A stretch of DNA of 54,198 nt, filler included, from Squatina squatina (Eukaryota), in NCBI GenBank assembly GCA_031763465.1. It is 3 parts of 3 records of this genome, joined end to end, with 100 filler letters (N's around TTAATTAATTAA, not from the genome) between each part and the next. Parts side by side here need not be neighbours in the genome. Positions count along the whole stretch, not along the records: positions 1 to 18,772 come from JARFOE010000001.1; positions 18,873 to 35,224 come from JARFOE010451568.1; 1 more part is not named here. The stretch is one strand, 5' to 3'. Shown one piece after another: positions 12,780-24,580 of this stretch. A program made the position numbers and the translations under genes. Positions within the stretch are counted from its first letter, which is position 1. Each line of letters opens with the position of its first letter. Below the pieces are notes generated by a model. That model made no database searches. It was given only the letters and a program-made list of their open reading frames with translations, and was not told the origin of the DNA.

Positions 12780-13364
12780 TAATTAATACTGCAATAAGAC
12801 TATTCCTTAAGGATAAATCGGTTAAGGATAAACAGACATTTTCAAAAATATTATGAAATACATGCAACTGGCAAAATGCACAACTACTCTGAAACTAAAG
12901 AACTGGGAAACTAAAGCAGATATAAAGAGAAAAATAAATTTTACAAGACTTGTAGCAGGAAGGAGGGGGTGATCATTGGGTCAAGTACAAGTACAGAAAG
13001 AAGTAAAAAGAAAATAGATTAGAGGTGCCAAGAAACAGTAGGAATGGGACATAGCAGCAGATTCAATAGACAACACCAAAACATTCTTCCAACACTAAAC
13101 AGAAAGACAGCACTCAGGAAAGAAGTTAAAGCATTAGTGGACTCGGTGGCATTGACAATTAGGATGTACAAGAGGCAAACGTACCAAATGACTACAACTT
13201 TCAGGTTTGCCAAGACTGATACTAACAATATATCATCTCAAACATGTGTGAGGATTTTGATAGTAAAACAGAAGTTTCAGATAATCTATATACCAAGACA
13301 ATAAGAGAAACGAGGGCAGAGTTGTCAGTGAACAATAAGGAGGCTCCAACAGACTGGAAACAAG
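12780..13364 (+). mobile_element. Highly decayed CR1 LINE ORF2 fragment (region between endonuclease and RT)
   Basis: A-rich; remnants IRGAKKQ*EWDIAAD..N.KTFF and P.DWKQ resemble CR1 IR.AK..YE..IA...K.N.K.F and VP.DWK.A. Confidence 0.55.
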
Positions 13365-13464
13365 NNNNNNNNNNNNNNNNNNNNNNNNNNNNNNNNNNNN
13401 NNNNNNNNNNNNNNNNNNNNNNNNNNNNNNNNNNNNNNNNNNNNNNNNNNNNNNNNNNNNNNNN

Positions 13465-13533
13465 GACCTGCTGAGCTTTTCCAGCAATTTTTGTTTGTAT
13501 TCTAGATTCCAGTATCTGCAGTATTTCGCTTCT
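13465..13533 (+). mobile_element. Penelope-type terminal repeat tail fragment
   Basis: gacctgctgagcttttccagcaatttttgttt...gattccagtatctgcagtatttcgct, the same family as 36803-36935. Confidence 0.55.
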
Positions 13534-14170
13534 TTACAAAAACATTATTATTCAGTTGCAAGATGGCCATGTGGCAGGTAACGATCAATAATGAAACTAT
13601 AAGCAGTGCAGTATGAAGTGAAATCCAGAGATTCGATAATATCCTGTCAAATGTCTAGTTATTTATAATTACAGACGTATACTAAATGAGTACTTACTGC
13701 CCCACTTCCTGTAGCATGGGTGCTGGGCACAGCAGATAATTATCCGTCACCTTGGTATTTGGTCTCTCATCTGGAAAATGAGTCATTGCATGAGCTCCTT
13801 ATACTGAACTGTTTAATGAACTGGCGAATAAACTTGTTTCCAAAGGTATTAAATTTAACATTTTTTTTTAAAAAAAGGACATTAAACTTTGAAGCAAGAA
13901 TGACACAGATTAACATCAAAATTACACATACATTCTGGAAAATTAACCTCCAGAAGTTCAAGTATAACAAATCTGACTAAATTAGATGGGTCAAAGATAG
14001 AAAAAAAGTTGCATATTTAATGACTTATTTCAAAGAAATCTACTTTTACAGTCAGAAAAACTCAAAAATTAATTTCTATATTTCCATGAACATTTGAATA
14101 CTACAGTATGTTCTCCAATATACCTATTGCAATATTAAACAGCTTCCAGGGAGTAAGCATCACACTTTAA

Positions 14171-15102
14171 GGGCTAAAATTTCAGTTGCGTAGCACCCAT
14201 TGTATGGGCGCTTTGAGCACTGAATTGGGTCTAAAATGATGTCCGAGCAGCACGTGCACATTTTCAGTGCAGGCCGAGCTGGATGCCATCTTGATGAGTG
14301 CGCTAGGGCAGGTGTTCAGAGCAACACTGATTTGATGGCAGTGCTACCATTTTTGTTGTCATTGCTGGAGCTAACACCCTCTCGCAGCAGTGGTAAGTGT
14401 ATGCAGATGAGGTGAAGCTACGAATGTAAGGTGAGAGTCATGTTTGGAGGAAATTGTTGGTAGGTGAGTGATGGGGGTTTGGGGGATTGAGCGCTGTATG
14501 AGGCTAGTGGTCCAGATGGTGGGATATAACATTTGAAGATGAATTCACTGACCTTGACCACTCGTGTGAGGTCATTAAACTTCTTCCTGCACTTCCAGGT
14601 CCTCGGGACTATACAACTGGCATTGACCACAATGGCTATCTGCTCCCACTGCACTCTGGTCTGTTGCCTGCAGGGCCTCCTGGCCCCCTGTGGAAAGATG
14701 ACTGCCTTCCTGAAGTTGACCACCTGGACCACCAGGCCTCAAGTGCTACAAAGAACCTAGGTGCACACTCTTTCCCTTGTTATGCCATCATTCCAACTTT
14801 TTTTCCATGATCTTGCCAACCTCCTCAATCACCTTTTGCAGGCAGACGGCACCTTCCTTTAAGAAGTTCAGACTGCCTTCAAGTTGTGCGGGCTAGCTTT
14901 AATTGGTGCTAGCCTGGCACGATCATGGGCCCCCTGCTGAGCCACTCAACAGCATGTTCAGCGCTGGGTTGAACGCGACAATCATGCTAATCAGCAGGCA
15001 CCATGAAGTTTACATGCTGCCTGCAGTCCTCTGAACAGGTGCGCATCGATACCACATCATGATCCCCTCGCCTGTTTTTAGGCCTTATTCAATTTCTAGG
15101 CC
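14171..15102 (-). mobile_element. Non-autonomous Harbinger element (932 bp) carrying the Myb/SANT-gene first exon
   Basis: Termini gggctaaaattt and aatttctaggcc; flanked by taa / tag (3-bp TWA-type TSD, one mismatch). Confidence 0.75.
14551..14788 (-). pseudogene. Harbinger Myb/SANT-like (trihelix, NAIF1/MSANTD-like) DNA-binding protein exon 1, disrupted
   Basis: MA*QGKECAPRFFVALEA/LVQVVNFRKAVIFPQGARRPCRQQTRVQWEQIAIVVNASCIVPRTWKCRKKFNDLTRVVK followed by donor gtcagt; W..IA..VN.....RT...CRKKF.DL motif; early stop and frameshift. Confidence 0.85.
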
Positions 15103-15703
15103 TAGATGTTTTGATAGCACAAACATCTGTAAAACTTTTCTAAAATGCAGAAAAAAAAGCACTTTACCACTGTTCATGAGGAGTTGAAGGATATGGGATA
15201 ATGAACACAGGAGATGCATTAGTACTACATCATATATTTTGGCCTAACAATATCTATCTATATATTAAGAAAAATGTACAGCTGCATGCATTTCCTGTCT
15301 GTATGACTTCCAGTCGTCACATTTTTGCTACACTTTTTGTGCCGATTTTAAACATTATTAATTCCTATGTCCAAATTTATAATGGAAAATGCCCGTGTAA
15401 ATGTGTCATGAATACTGCACAAAATGTTTCTCAAAGATTTACCACCAACTTGCTTTTTTACTGAACTCATTTTCCTNNNNNNNNNNNNNNNNNNNNNNNN
15501 NNNNNNNNNNNNNNNNNNNNNNNNNNNNNNNNNNNNNNNNNNNNNNNNNNNNNNNNNNNNNNNNNNNNNNNNNNNNCAGGAGCGTGGGACTGAAGTGCAA
15601 CCAGAACTTGAGGAGCAGCCCCTTTAAATATTGGTACAGGGGCTGCAACCTCAGATTAAACAAGTCTCGCCCGCTCGCTAAGACAGCGGCTGACTCTTCT
15701 TAC

Positions 15704-15737
15704 CTGTCAAGTACAAAGTACAGATCAAACGCTCCAT
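15704..15737 (-). CDS. Possible first coding (leader) exon of an unidentified secreted or membrane protein
   Basis: gtcATGG Kozak context, MERLICTLYLT + 1 nt, strong phase-1 donor CAG|gtaaga, in a CpG-richer patch (15600-16270). Confidence 0.3.
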
Positions 15738-16741
15738 GACATGATTTCTCTTCACTTTGCACAGCCCCCGGTCCGTTCAAGGTCAGGAACACTGATACAA
15801 AGACCAGGAAACTCCGGAGCCCGGGGCAAATACGCCACAACTTCATTATTGTTCAATTAAACAAGTTATACAGTCCCAGAGTACAGAACCGGCAACACGG
15901 AATAAAAAGCTTCTGCAAATATTAAAGCAGCCCCATCGGATTTGTAAAAAGTAGGTGGGGTGGGGAAACACGAGCTTTTGCAACAGTGCAAGAGCTCGCT
16001 GGAACGCTCGGTCAGTTCAAGCATTAACTTCCCAAAGGAAGACGGCGTTTCGACAGGGAAAGAATTGCACAAACGTCCCTCTTACACCCAGCCTGCAGCG
16101 GTCGTTTACACAAAGCATAAGCCAGCGGTTCAAACGGAACTTGCTGTGAGTTCATACTGCTTGGTGGGGGCGGGATAAGTGTGGCTGGGTGTGCCAGTAA
16201 CACTCGGTCAGCCAGAGGAGGATGTCGATGCATAACCACAGATGGTGCGTTCTCTGCAAACGGTAGCATGATATCACTTCCTGTGTTCAGGACAATATTA
16301 ACACCGATTATTAATCTATGTGCTCAATTTTCTTTGCTCTAGGGAAGTTCTGGTCAAACTAAACCGATAAAACGTGAGAGTAAATTTCCACGTCAAGATG
16401 TACAAAAGTGTCTTATAATCTTAATTTTCAACTTCACACTTAGATAAGACTCTTTTTTGTTACCGAAACTCGAAGGGTGCACTTAGATCAGCCACTTTGT
16501 CATACTGAGCGTACACTCCCAAAATATAAAATTATAACATTACGTACTTACCTGAAAGGGAAGGAAGTTAACATCAAGTGTTGAGATTTTCAATCCGCAG
16601 TCCCTAAAATGGCAAGCCGAGTTCATGATATAGATGAGAGGATAGACATTCTTTAATCCCAGTTTCTTTCCTTGTTACTATTGATAATTAGCATTGAAGG
16701 AACGGAATGAGGCATACCTTCCAGTAACTACAATGAGAAGT

Positions 16742-16935
16742 AAAAACAAGAAAATGCTAAAGACTCTCAACCGGAGAGAGAAACAAAAGTTAACATTTCA
16801 GATCTTATGACCCTTCATTAGAGGTTCAGACAGAGAGTGAGAAAACCTGAAACGTTAACCATTGTTCCTTCTTCCACAGATACAGCCTGACCTGCTGTGT
16901 TTTCCCAGCACTTTATGTTCCGTTTGTTCAGGTTT
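16742..16935. mobile_element. Inverted (divergent) pair of Penelope-type terminal repeats
   Basis: Minus copy 16742-16822 (reverse complement tctaatgaagggtcataagatctgaaatgttaac...) abuts a plus copy ...cctgaaacgttaaccattgttccttcttccacagatacagcctgacctgctg. Confidence 0.6.
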
Positions 16936-16979
16936 CCAGCAGCCAGTGCTTTTCTTTTCATTTTAAGAAACCAGAAGGG

Positions 16980-17036
16980 GCGGGATATGGGCATTGCTGA
17001 CAAGGCCACATAGATTGCCCATCCCTAGCTGCCCCA
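16980..17036 (-). mobile_element. LINE 3' tail fragment (same family as 31420-32450 and 53300-53388)
   Basis: gggatatgggcattgctgacaaggcc...attgcccatccctagctgccc. Confidence 0.6.
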
Positions 17037-17221
17037 AAAGCTAAAAATTGACTATGTTGGCTGGCTAAACAGGTACAGTAATTTCTTGATTTTACTATTT
17101 CCATTGCATAATCTGTCCTATTGTTTCCAACACTGATCATGAAAGTAACTGTTAGAACATTCACATATCACAGAACTCAAATAGATTATCCATGGTCCTG
17201 GACAAAAATGAGATTAAAGTC

Positions 17222-17498
17222 ACAGAATCATAAATGGTTACAGCACAGAAGGAGGCCATTCGGCCCGTCGAGCCCGTGCCAGTTCTCTGCAAGAGAACTT
17301 CAGCAAGTCCCACTTCCCCGCCCTTTCCCCTTAGCGCTGCAAATTTTTTTCCTTCAGGTACTTATCCAACTCCCTTTCTGAAAGGCACAATTGAATCTGA
17401 TTCCACCACTCTTTCAGGCAGTACATTCCAGATCCTAACCACTCGCTGCGTAAAAAAGGTTTTCCTCATGTCGCCTTTGGTTCTTCTGCCAATCACCT
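17222..17498 (-). mobile_element. CR1 LINE 3' end
   Basis: acagaatcata...cagcacagaaggaggccattcggccc...attccagatcctaaccactcgctgcgtaaaaaagg (reverse complement encodes FFTQRVVRIWN.LP). Confidence 0.85.
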
Positions 17499-18816
17499 NN
17501 NNNNNNNNNNNNNNNNNNNNNNNNNNNNNNNNNNNNNNNNNNNNNNNNNNNNNNNNNNNNNNNNNNNNNNNNNNNNNNNNNNNNNNNNNNNNNNNNNNTC
17601 GGTGCCAGATTGTGTTCTGACACCCAAGTTATACCTCCACTTTCACGTCAATGCCCACCTGAAACTCTTTCGCATTGACAGAAATGGTGGAAGTGTAATT
17701 ATGATCCAACGAACAGGATTTTGACCGTTTTAAAATGAAGAACAGGACGTCGTTGCTTTAAGACAAACTGCGTTAAAATGTGACAGAATTTAAATAAAAC
17801 GCTGTTCCTTTTACAGTTTTAATAAAATAAAACCTTACATAGAAATGTGTAAATAATGGTTAATGTGACGTTTCCATTATCTTAACGTATGTTTTACAAA
17901 AATAACATTTTAATTTAAATGTTCTGTGTTTTTTTTCCCCAACTGGAAAGAAAGTACTGGTGGCGCCCGAGCGTGCAGGCTGACCATTATTGCCTCGGTG
18001 CCAGCTAATCTAAAAGATGGTGCATATGGCATGAGAAGACCCATATGCCGCCCAGGATTTTTTGGCGGTTGCATTCTTCGTGCAATCATTCGAAATTTTC
18101 AGCAAGTATCAGACTCGACTTTCTCTCGAACGTACAAGGAAAAAAAAAGCATGAATCACGTTTTCACATGACCATTTCCCAAGTGGCCACAGAGTAGCGT
18201 GCCCTGGGCCTATGCCGGTGAAGTCTATTGTAGTACAATAACAACGTGTGCTTTCCCCAGTTGGGCGATGGTCAGTCACCGTGTACACAAGCGCGATAAT
18301 GGAACATTATGAGAGGAGGGATACTTCAAAACTTGAAATAGTTTCTGATTCCCATACTAGGACCATTTATTTAGACATAACAACAAATACACTCCCCACT
18401 GTGGTGTTTCAAGCTTGGGGGTGGGGGATGCTAATGATCTAGGATTTGTGACACATCCTTGGTTACATTCCACAATCGCATTCTGTAGTTAACAACCGGC
18501 CCAACAATCTAATAATTGACCACATAAAATATACACTGCACATGTAAATTTAATAGGTGTCATTAACTTGGGCTGAGGCTTTATAGACAGTAGGGAGACA
18601 ACCATTGGCAAATAAACGAAGACTTAAACTGCAACCTTTTGATGTGCTTCACCTATTCTTTCAACTCTTCTGCCCTCCACTGGAATTAAAAAAAAACAAT
18701 TTCCAGTGCAGAATCTTGTGCAACCATTTCTTCATTTCCTCGTTTTCACGTGTTTTTCTTTTAAATAGTAGCNNNNNNNNNNNNNNNNNNNNNNNNNNNN
18801 NNNNNNNNNNNNNNNN

Positions 18817-18828
18817 TTAATTAATTAA
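18817..18828. other. Artificial contig linker TTAATTAATTAA (stop codons in all six frames) inside an N run
   Basis: Centred in a 100-position spacer; identical construct at 35269-35280. Confidence 0.95.
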
Positions 18829-18872
18829 NNNNNNNNNNNNNNNNNNNNNNNNNNNNNNNNNNNNNNNNNNNN

Positions 18873-19201
18873 GGAATGCACCGCCACTATAACCACAGCC
18901 GCAGTGTATTCAGTGAAATAAATTGTACGCCACAATGACAACAAATGGAAAACTTGAGCAAAGTTGAAAGTGACATTTAACCAGACATAACAACCGACAT
19001 TAGTAAAAATTAGGGCGAGACTGCGAGTAAATAGGAGCTGAATTCAAGAATGAATATGGACAATTACTATGTTGAATCTCATATACCATTACATCAGATA
19101 TGAGGACACTAATTCCGCCGCAGCCACCACGAGGTCACGGGTGCTGCATTTGCAGACACCGTAAACTCCGCAGAAGAGCATCATAATTGTGCCAAATTAA
19201 C
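18873..19201 (-). pseudogene. GPR139-like GPCR pseudogene, paralog A, exon 2 (TM1-TM4)
   Basis: Frameshifted translation NLA/IMMLFCGVYGVCKCSTRDLVVAAAELV/LISDVMVYEI...PYSFLNSAPIYS...GCYVWLNVTFNFAQVF/ICCH.../TEYTAAVVIVAV matches the chondrichthyan GPR139-like pattern NL..IVILSRG.CGLSKCITRYLVAMA.ADL...SVWLTV.FTFDRFVAICCQ...CTEKTAAVVI. Confidence 0.85.
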
Positions 19202-20047
19202 TCCTTGTCTTGAGAGGATGATCAGTCGACAGTTATTTTTCTGCATTCTTTATCTGGTCATTCCAAAACCTCTGTGGTCTAATTTTAACCTAACTGGCGG
19301 GGCGGGAATACCACAGAATCACTGGAACGCGGGTTTTACACGGCGCCCAATATTCCTCTGTAGTAAATTCATTAAGCCATATTTTATCTATTTGCAACTG
19401 TATTTCAAGCTATCTTTAAACCTATAACACATTTGCGAAATTAGTTTCAATGTATCATTTGCATGTTATTTTTTTTCTGCGTTCAGTTTTACAGAATTTT
19501 AAAAACTCGACTTACAACTTGAGTAAATCTATTTTTTATATATAATTTATGCCTTTTCTTTCTAAACCCATGGAAAGTAGAAGCAGCTGAGATTTTATCT
19601 CCAGCGATGCTTCCTTGGTTTAATTTCGGAGGTTAGATGTTCTTCCGATCGGCGGCAGTAACGTGGGCCATTGAGACCGTCTCTCCCGGCAGATCTCGGC
19701 AAATTATCCCAATGGACAGTTTCTACTTTTTTGTCATATTTACCAAGCTGTGATGCTAATATTTGGCTCCGTGAGAAATTTACAAGACAATCTGCAAATG
19801 AGACAAAATCCCGACAAAATTTTTTAATTTGAAACTTCAAAATACATTGTGCTGCCCATCCGGTTATTACCTTAGGACCATGTGGGAAACTTTAAGTTTT
19901 CTATTTGTTATTTACTTAATGGCGGTAATTAATGTCTGCACATCTATCGCATCGAAACAAGCAGGTAATTTTATTGCAACGACAACAGGAGTATTGATAC
20001 AGTGAAACACTTCTAAAGGAGAATAGTAACTGGATATGAGCGCATTG

Positions 20048-20121
20048 CTCTGAACAACAACTTTTGGAAGAGTACGATAGCATATGCTTTCCATCTGTAT
20101 GATTATTATCGGCTGTCCAAC
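20048..20121 (-). pseudogene. GPR139-like paralog A exon 1 (start codon and donor decayed)
   Basis: GQPIIIIQMESICYRTLPKVVV aligns to paralog B MGQPVIIQIENIYYPILAIVGVP; upstream 20125-20290 aligns to 26567-26745. Confidence 0.75.
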
Positions 20122-21759
20122 TTTCGGACCGAAACGACGTTATCTGTCACTGTTCGGGACGCACAGATAATTAGGTCCTGTGAAGTTTTGAGAGAAACGC
20201 CAAGTGATAAAATACCATTCCACAACTGGTAACAATTAAAGTCATTTAAACAAACAGATTAAGCCGAGCCATATTTGCACCTACTGATCAGGGAGCAGAC
20301 AATTTGACAGTAAAAAAAAACCTAGAATATTACTTTGCTAATGTTGTAAAACAATATAATTTTTATGAAATCTACAAACTCTTGAAGCTGAAGTTATTCC
20401 ATTGTATGTTTATCAATTGCATTTGATGCAATAAATGTGTGCATTCGCGGTAAATGAGCACCATATACATCTTAGGTACATTATAGTTTCCTTTGTTAAC
20501 TATAGTAAACATAATTTCAGTCTAGGGAGGGCTAAGAGGTGCCCGTGAGATCGAAGAGCATTTACAGATTCAAACAGAAAGTCATATATTCAGATGTATA
20601 CAGCTGAGCTGCACTGCAGATATGTTCAGATGTTAGATTTCAGCATCAACAGGCGTTTGGCGGAGGGGAAGAAGATAGAAACCGGGTGTGCAGAAGATAA
20701 ATGTGGAGAAACATCTCAGCAGCCATTTGGAAGCGTTATGTGAGTTTCTGTTCGTCAAATTCGAAAGAGCTGGAGGCAATAAACACTTCACGCGGGTTTT
20801 GCAGCCGGAATTTGAAGCAGGACCCGATTACACCTCTCGGGTCAATAGCAAGTAGCCCTGTCTGAATACCAGTTATTTTAGAAAAATGGCAAATTCTCTT
20901 AATGCCCGTCACCTTTTTGCGATATTTCACCATTTGCTCAATTTTGGTATGATGTCTATGAAAATGATGATACACAGTTATATTGTTCACCAACGAGATG
21001 GTGATCTTCACAGCACCAGATGTTGGCATTTAGGGAGAGGCTTGCGTGGTGCGAAGAGGTGTCAGTTTTCAATAAGAAACTTAAATTATGCACTTTATGC
21101 TCCTTGGATATTATTTTCATCAACCTTCCCAAACTTGTTCCCTGCAGTCACATCCCCATTTGGAACTGAGGTAGATGATCGCAATCGGAGCAGCGATTTT
21201 AGGCATTACAATTCGTCTTAGCTCCCTTCGTTGATTTTGAGAAATCCTCTAAAGTTCACTCCTTGAAATTATTTTAACCACCTCTCATCAAGTGTGCATG
21301 TTGGGAAAGTTTGGTGAGATTTATTTGTTTTTCTGCTGTAAGCAAACGAGATGATTTTTTTGTCGTTTAAGTTGGGTATTTTCAAATAGGAAGGGAAAAT
21401 ATGACATGTACAGATTCACTAAACTGTCTCATTACGAAAATTCCTGGCGTTGTTGGCATTATGAAAATTCCTTACTCTAGTGTTGATGTTAACTGTACAG
21501 ACCTGTCAGGCTGTGCAAAAAGGAACATCGAATCTAATGGGACTTATTTGCTTTTCTTCGTGCCTTTGAATCTAAGTGAATTAAGGGGGTATATGTTCTT
21601 ATGGTGAAGAGAACAGCCTAGTTGTAAAGCGAAAGCATATTAATTGAGAACTAGCATAATCCTCTATATCCTTCCCCCTGATATACGTATGTAGCTTTAC
21701 TTTAAATACTTCTATGCTATTAGCCTCTCATTGTGCATGTACTCTCTCAAAGCATTTCA

Positions 21760-22365
21760 TAATTTTAGAGACTTTATTCTGAAACACCTCCGTTTTCCCT
21801 TTTCAACAGTCTGTTCATCCTTTCCGAATTTGAATAACCGTTCAGTTCTGGTTCCATCTTTGTATTTTTTGCACATTCTCGCGTGCATCTATTTACTTTT
21901 TATGAAATGACGATCACAAATGTGAACAGCATTCGAAGTGTGATCTAATCAACGTACGATGCAGGTTTAGCCTAACGCCCCTTTTTTTTCTCAATTCATT
22001 CCTGCAAGAAATAAACCCTACTGATTGGTTTGCTTATATTGTGGCATGACCGTCCTGCATCACAACTTTTAGTGATTTGTGCACTTGCAATCCAAGATCC
22101 ATTTGCTCCACTACCCCATTTATTTTCCAAGTAATGTGTGACCTTCTAATACATTTTACCAAAATGTGAGACATCAACGTATCTATGTTAAAATTAACTT
22201 GTCAATTATATGCCCATTCTAGAAGTGTGTTTATGTGGTCTTGTAATTTGTTGCCTTATCTGTATTGACTATCCCCGGAGAGAATTTCTTGTCGTCCGCA
22301 AATTTTGAAAATGTGCATTTGATTCCAAAGTCTAAATCGTTAATATAAATTGTGAGTAAAAGTTG
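21760..22365 (-). mobile_element. CR1 LINE RT fragment
   Basis: LLTIYINDLDFGIKCTFSKFADD (FADD catalytic motif) followed by decayed downstream ORF2. Confidence 0.85.
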
Positions 22366-22806
22366 TAATTTGGGAAAAAAATGGCAGGTCAGGCAGGACC
22401 TTTTCGCTGAAAGAATCAAACGCCCAGGGGATAATTTACGCAATTAATCCGCTGTGAGTAACTGCTCTCCGTTTCAACAGATAACTGCATGTGTTACTGA
22501 CGAGAGTGGGGTTTGAGGGATATGTTAACCGGTGTTAGGTTTAGATCAGTTGAAAGCAACAGCTATATTTGTCTATTTGATTTTTATTTCGATCTGAAAA
22601 ATTATTACCTGGATGTTCAGATCCGACAGTGCTTGTCTTCAACTATGGGCAGCACTTACGAATACTAAAAGGGCTTTTCATCTCCTGCAATTGGACATCG
22701 AATATGGGGAACAGCTGGCAGCTTCCATTTTCTTTAGTGATTCCTGTTTGTAGATGCCAATGAACAACTACTGCTCGCTTCTGATGATTCTGTGAAGCCA
22801 TTTAAC

Positions 22807-23258
22807 TTATTTGATTAAATTAGTAATGTGAGCCAGGGGACGCTTAATCATATTCTTTAATTCCTCTCTGAATTTGCTCTGGGACACTGCATAGATAAAA
22901 GTGTTTGTGCAGGAGCTCAATGACATAAGCAAAAGCCCGGATACTTCTAAAGTGGTGAAGGGTTCGCGGCAATCTGCTTCTAAAAAATGATTATCGGTAA
23001 ATAGTACACATATGTAAACTATGAAAATGACCATCCATAATAATAGAAAATTGCCAGATATGGCGAGTAGTAAAATGATGGATTTCCTTCGTTTCTCCAT
23101 TTCTGGATCAGTGTGATTCTGAAGCTTGAATGCTCGCAGACCACTCCTCAATCTATTGGCCACTACAATGTGCCTGATGGTCAGGGCATTGAGCAGCAGA
23201 ATCAAAACAAATGGTGCAAATGGCGTGAAAATGGATTCCAGCCACAAAATTAGTAACG
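22807..23258 (-). pseudogene. GPR139-like GPCR paralog B, exon 2 remnant (TM5-TM7 + tail open; TM1-TM4 missing)
   Basis: WLESIFTPFAPFVLILLLNALTIRHIVVANRLRSGLR...DPEMEKRRKSIILLLAISGNFLLLW...LSSCTNTFIYAVSQSKFREELK; family hallmarks DPEME.RRKSIILL and SCTNTFIY. Confidence 0.85.
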
Positions 23259-24448
23259 CTTCTTACTCTGAGAGGATGAGCAATCGACAGTTCTTGTATG
23301 AATTTCAAAGATGTTTTTCGCATCACTCAAATCTCTCTCTATTTCTCCCAGTCTAGTGGGTAAGCCGAGTAATCATCTGGGCTTACCCACGAGATTGGAA
23401 ACTAGTTACGCATCGCTAACCTAGTCTGCATTTCTTTGAAATACATAGGACATGTTTAGATTTTCAACTTTCCACTGAATGAAACATGAGCTTTTCCGAC
23501 TTGCGGCCAGAATTGAATCCGCCCGATTATCATATCCATTCACTTCAACCGAAAGGAATGTACGGCCAGCTGGTGGGGGCGGGGAGCCAGAAGGGCAATG
23601 ATTTGCTTATCCTTCTCCTCCAAATAGACCATAGCGTAACTTTCCATCTGTCCTTCCGGGAGCAAATTGGCGTTGTGGATCCACCAACAGCCAACATCCT
23701 GTGGCCGAACTCACATCGTCTGTTTTCAGCCAAACGTTCGATTGACAATGTACCCCAGTATCTGCTCATTTCTAATATCCTCAGTTACTATGCAGTGCAG
23801 GTTTCAAAGTGATAATAAGATTCTGATTGTACTGTTCTTTCATTCAGTCTTATGGAAGCAGGTGCAATTTCGTAGCAGTTGTCTTTCCAGTGCTTTTCCT
23901 CATCAAGTGACTGGCAAAGGAAGATTTCTCAGTGATACATTGTTTCATGAGCACAATACGATGATACCCATTTCATATTGGGTTGTGCTTCAGCTATAGA
24001 CCGCCCGAACCTTTTACTTCAAAGCAGCCAGTTAAATGACGAGCAATACATGGGTCTGAACATTGCCAGAGGGAATTTATGATATATCAGTTACTATTAT
24101 ACATTTGGAAGCAGGCATTCCTCAGATTTAAAAATTTAAAGCGCATTTGAAATTTAGTTTATAAATAATGTGCATAGCTATTAATATCAAACAGAGATCC
24201 GGAAATAATGTCTGTGCCTTGCAAACAGCACCAGGATTGTCTTGGCTGGCAAGACGTTATCTCCCACTCGATAACCAGTTTCTTATACAATGGAGCTGCA
24301 CATCGGGAGGCGCTGAGAGCAGCCATTCCGCCCAAGAAATTCTACCTCAGATAGCTGCTGCTGCATGAATAGCTCTCCTTAAATAAGTTCTCAGCAATGA
24401 TCAGAAATGTATATTTAGCTGTGTATTTGAATCCAAGTATATTTATTG

Positions 24449-24580
24449 TCAAAAGCAAAACACTGTGGATGCCGTAAATCTGAAATAAAAGTATAAAATG
24501 CTGGAAATACTCAACAGGTGAGGCAGCCTCTGTGCAGAGAGAAACAGAGTTAAAGTTTCAGATCGATGATATTTCGACAA
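24449..24580 (-). mobile_element. Penelope-type terminal repeat copy
   Basis: aaaagcaaaacactgtggatgc...atgctggaaatactcaacaggtgaggcagc...gagagaaacagagttaaagtttcagatcgatga. Confidence 0.6.
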
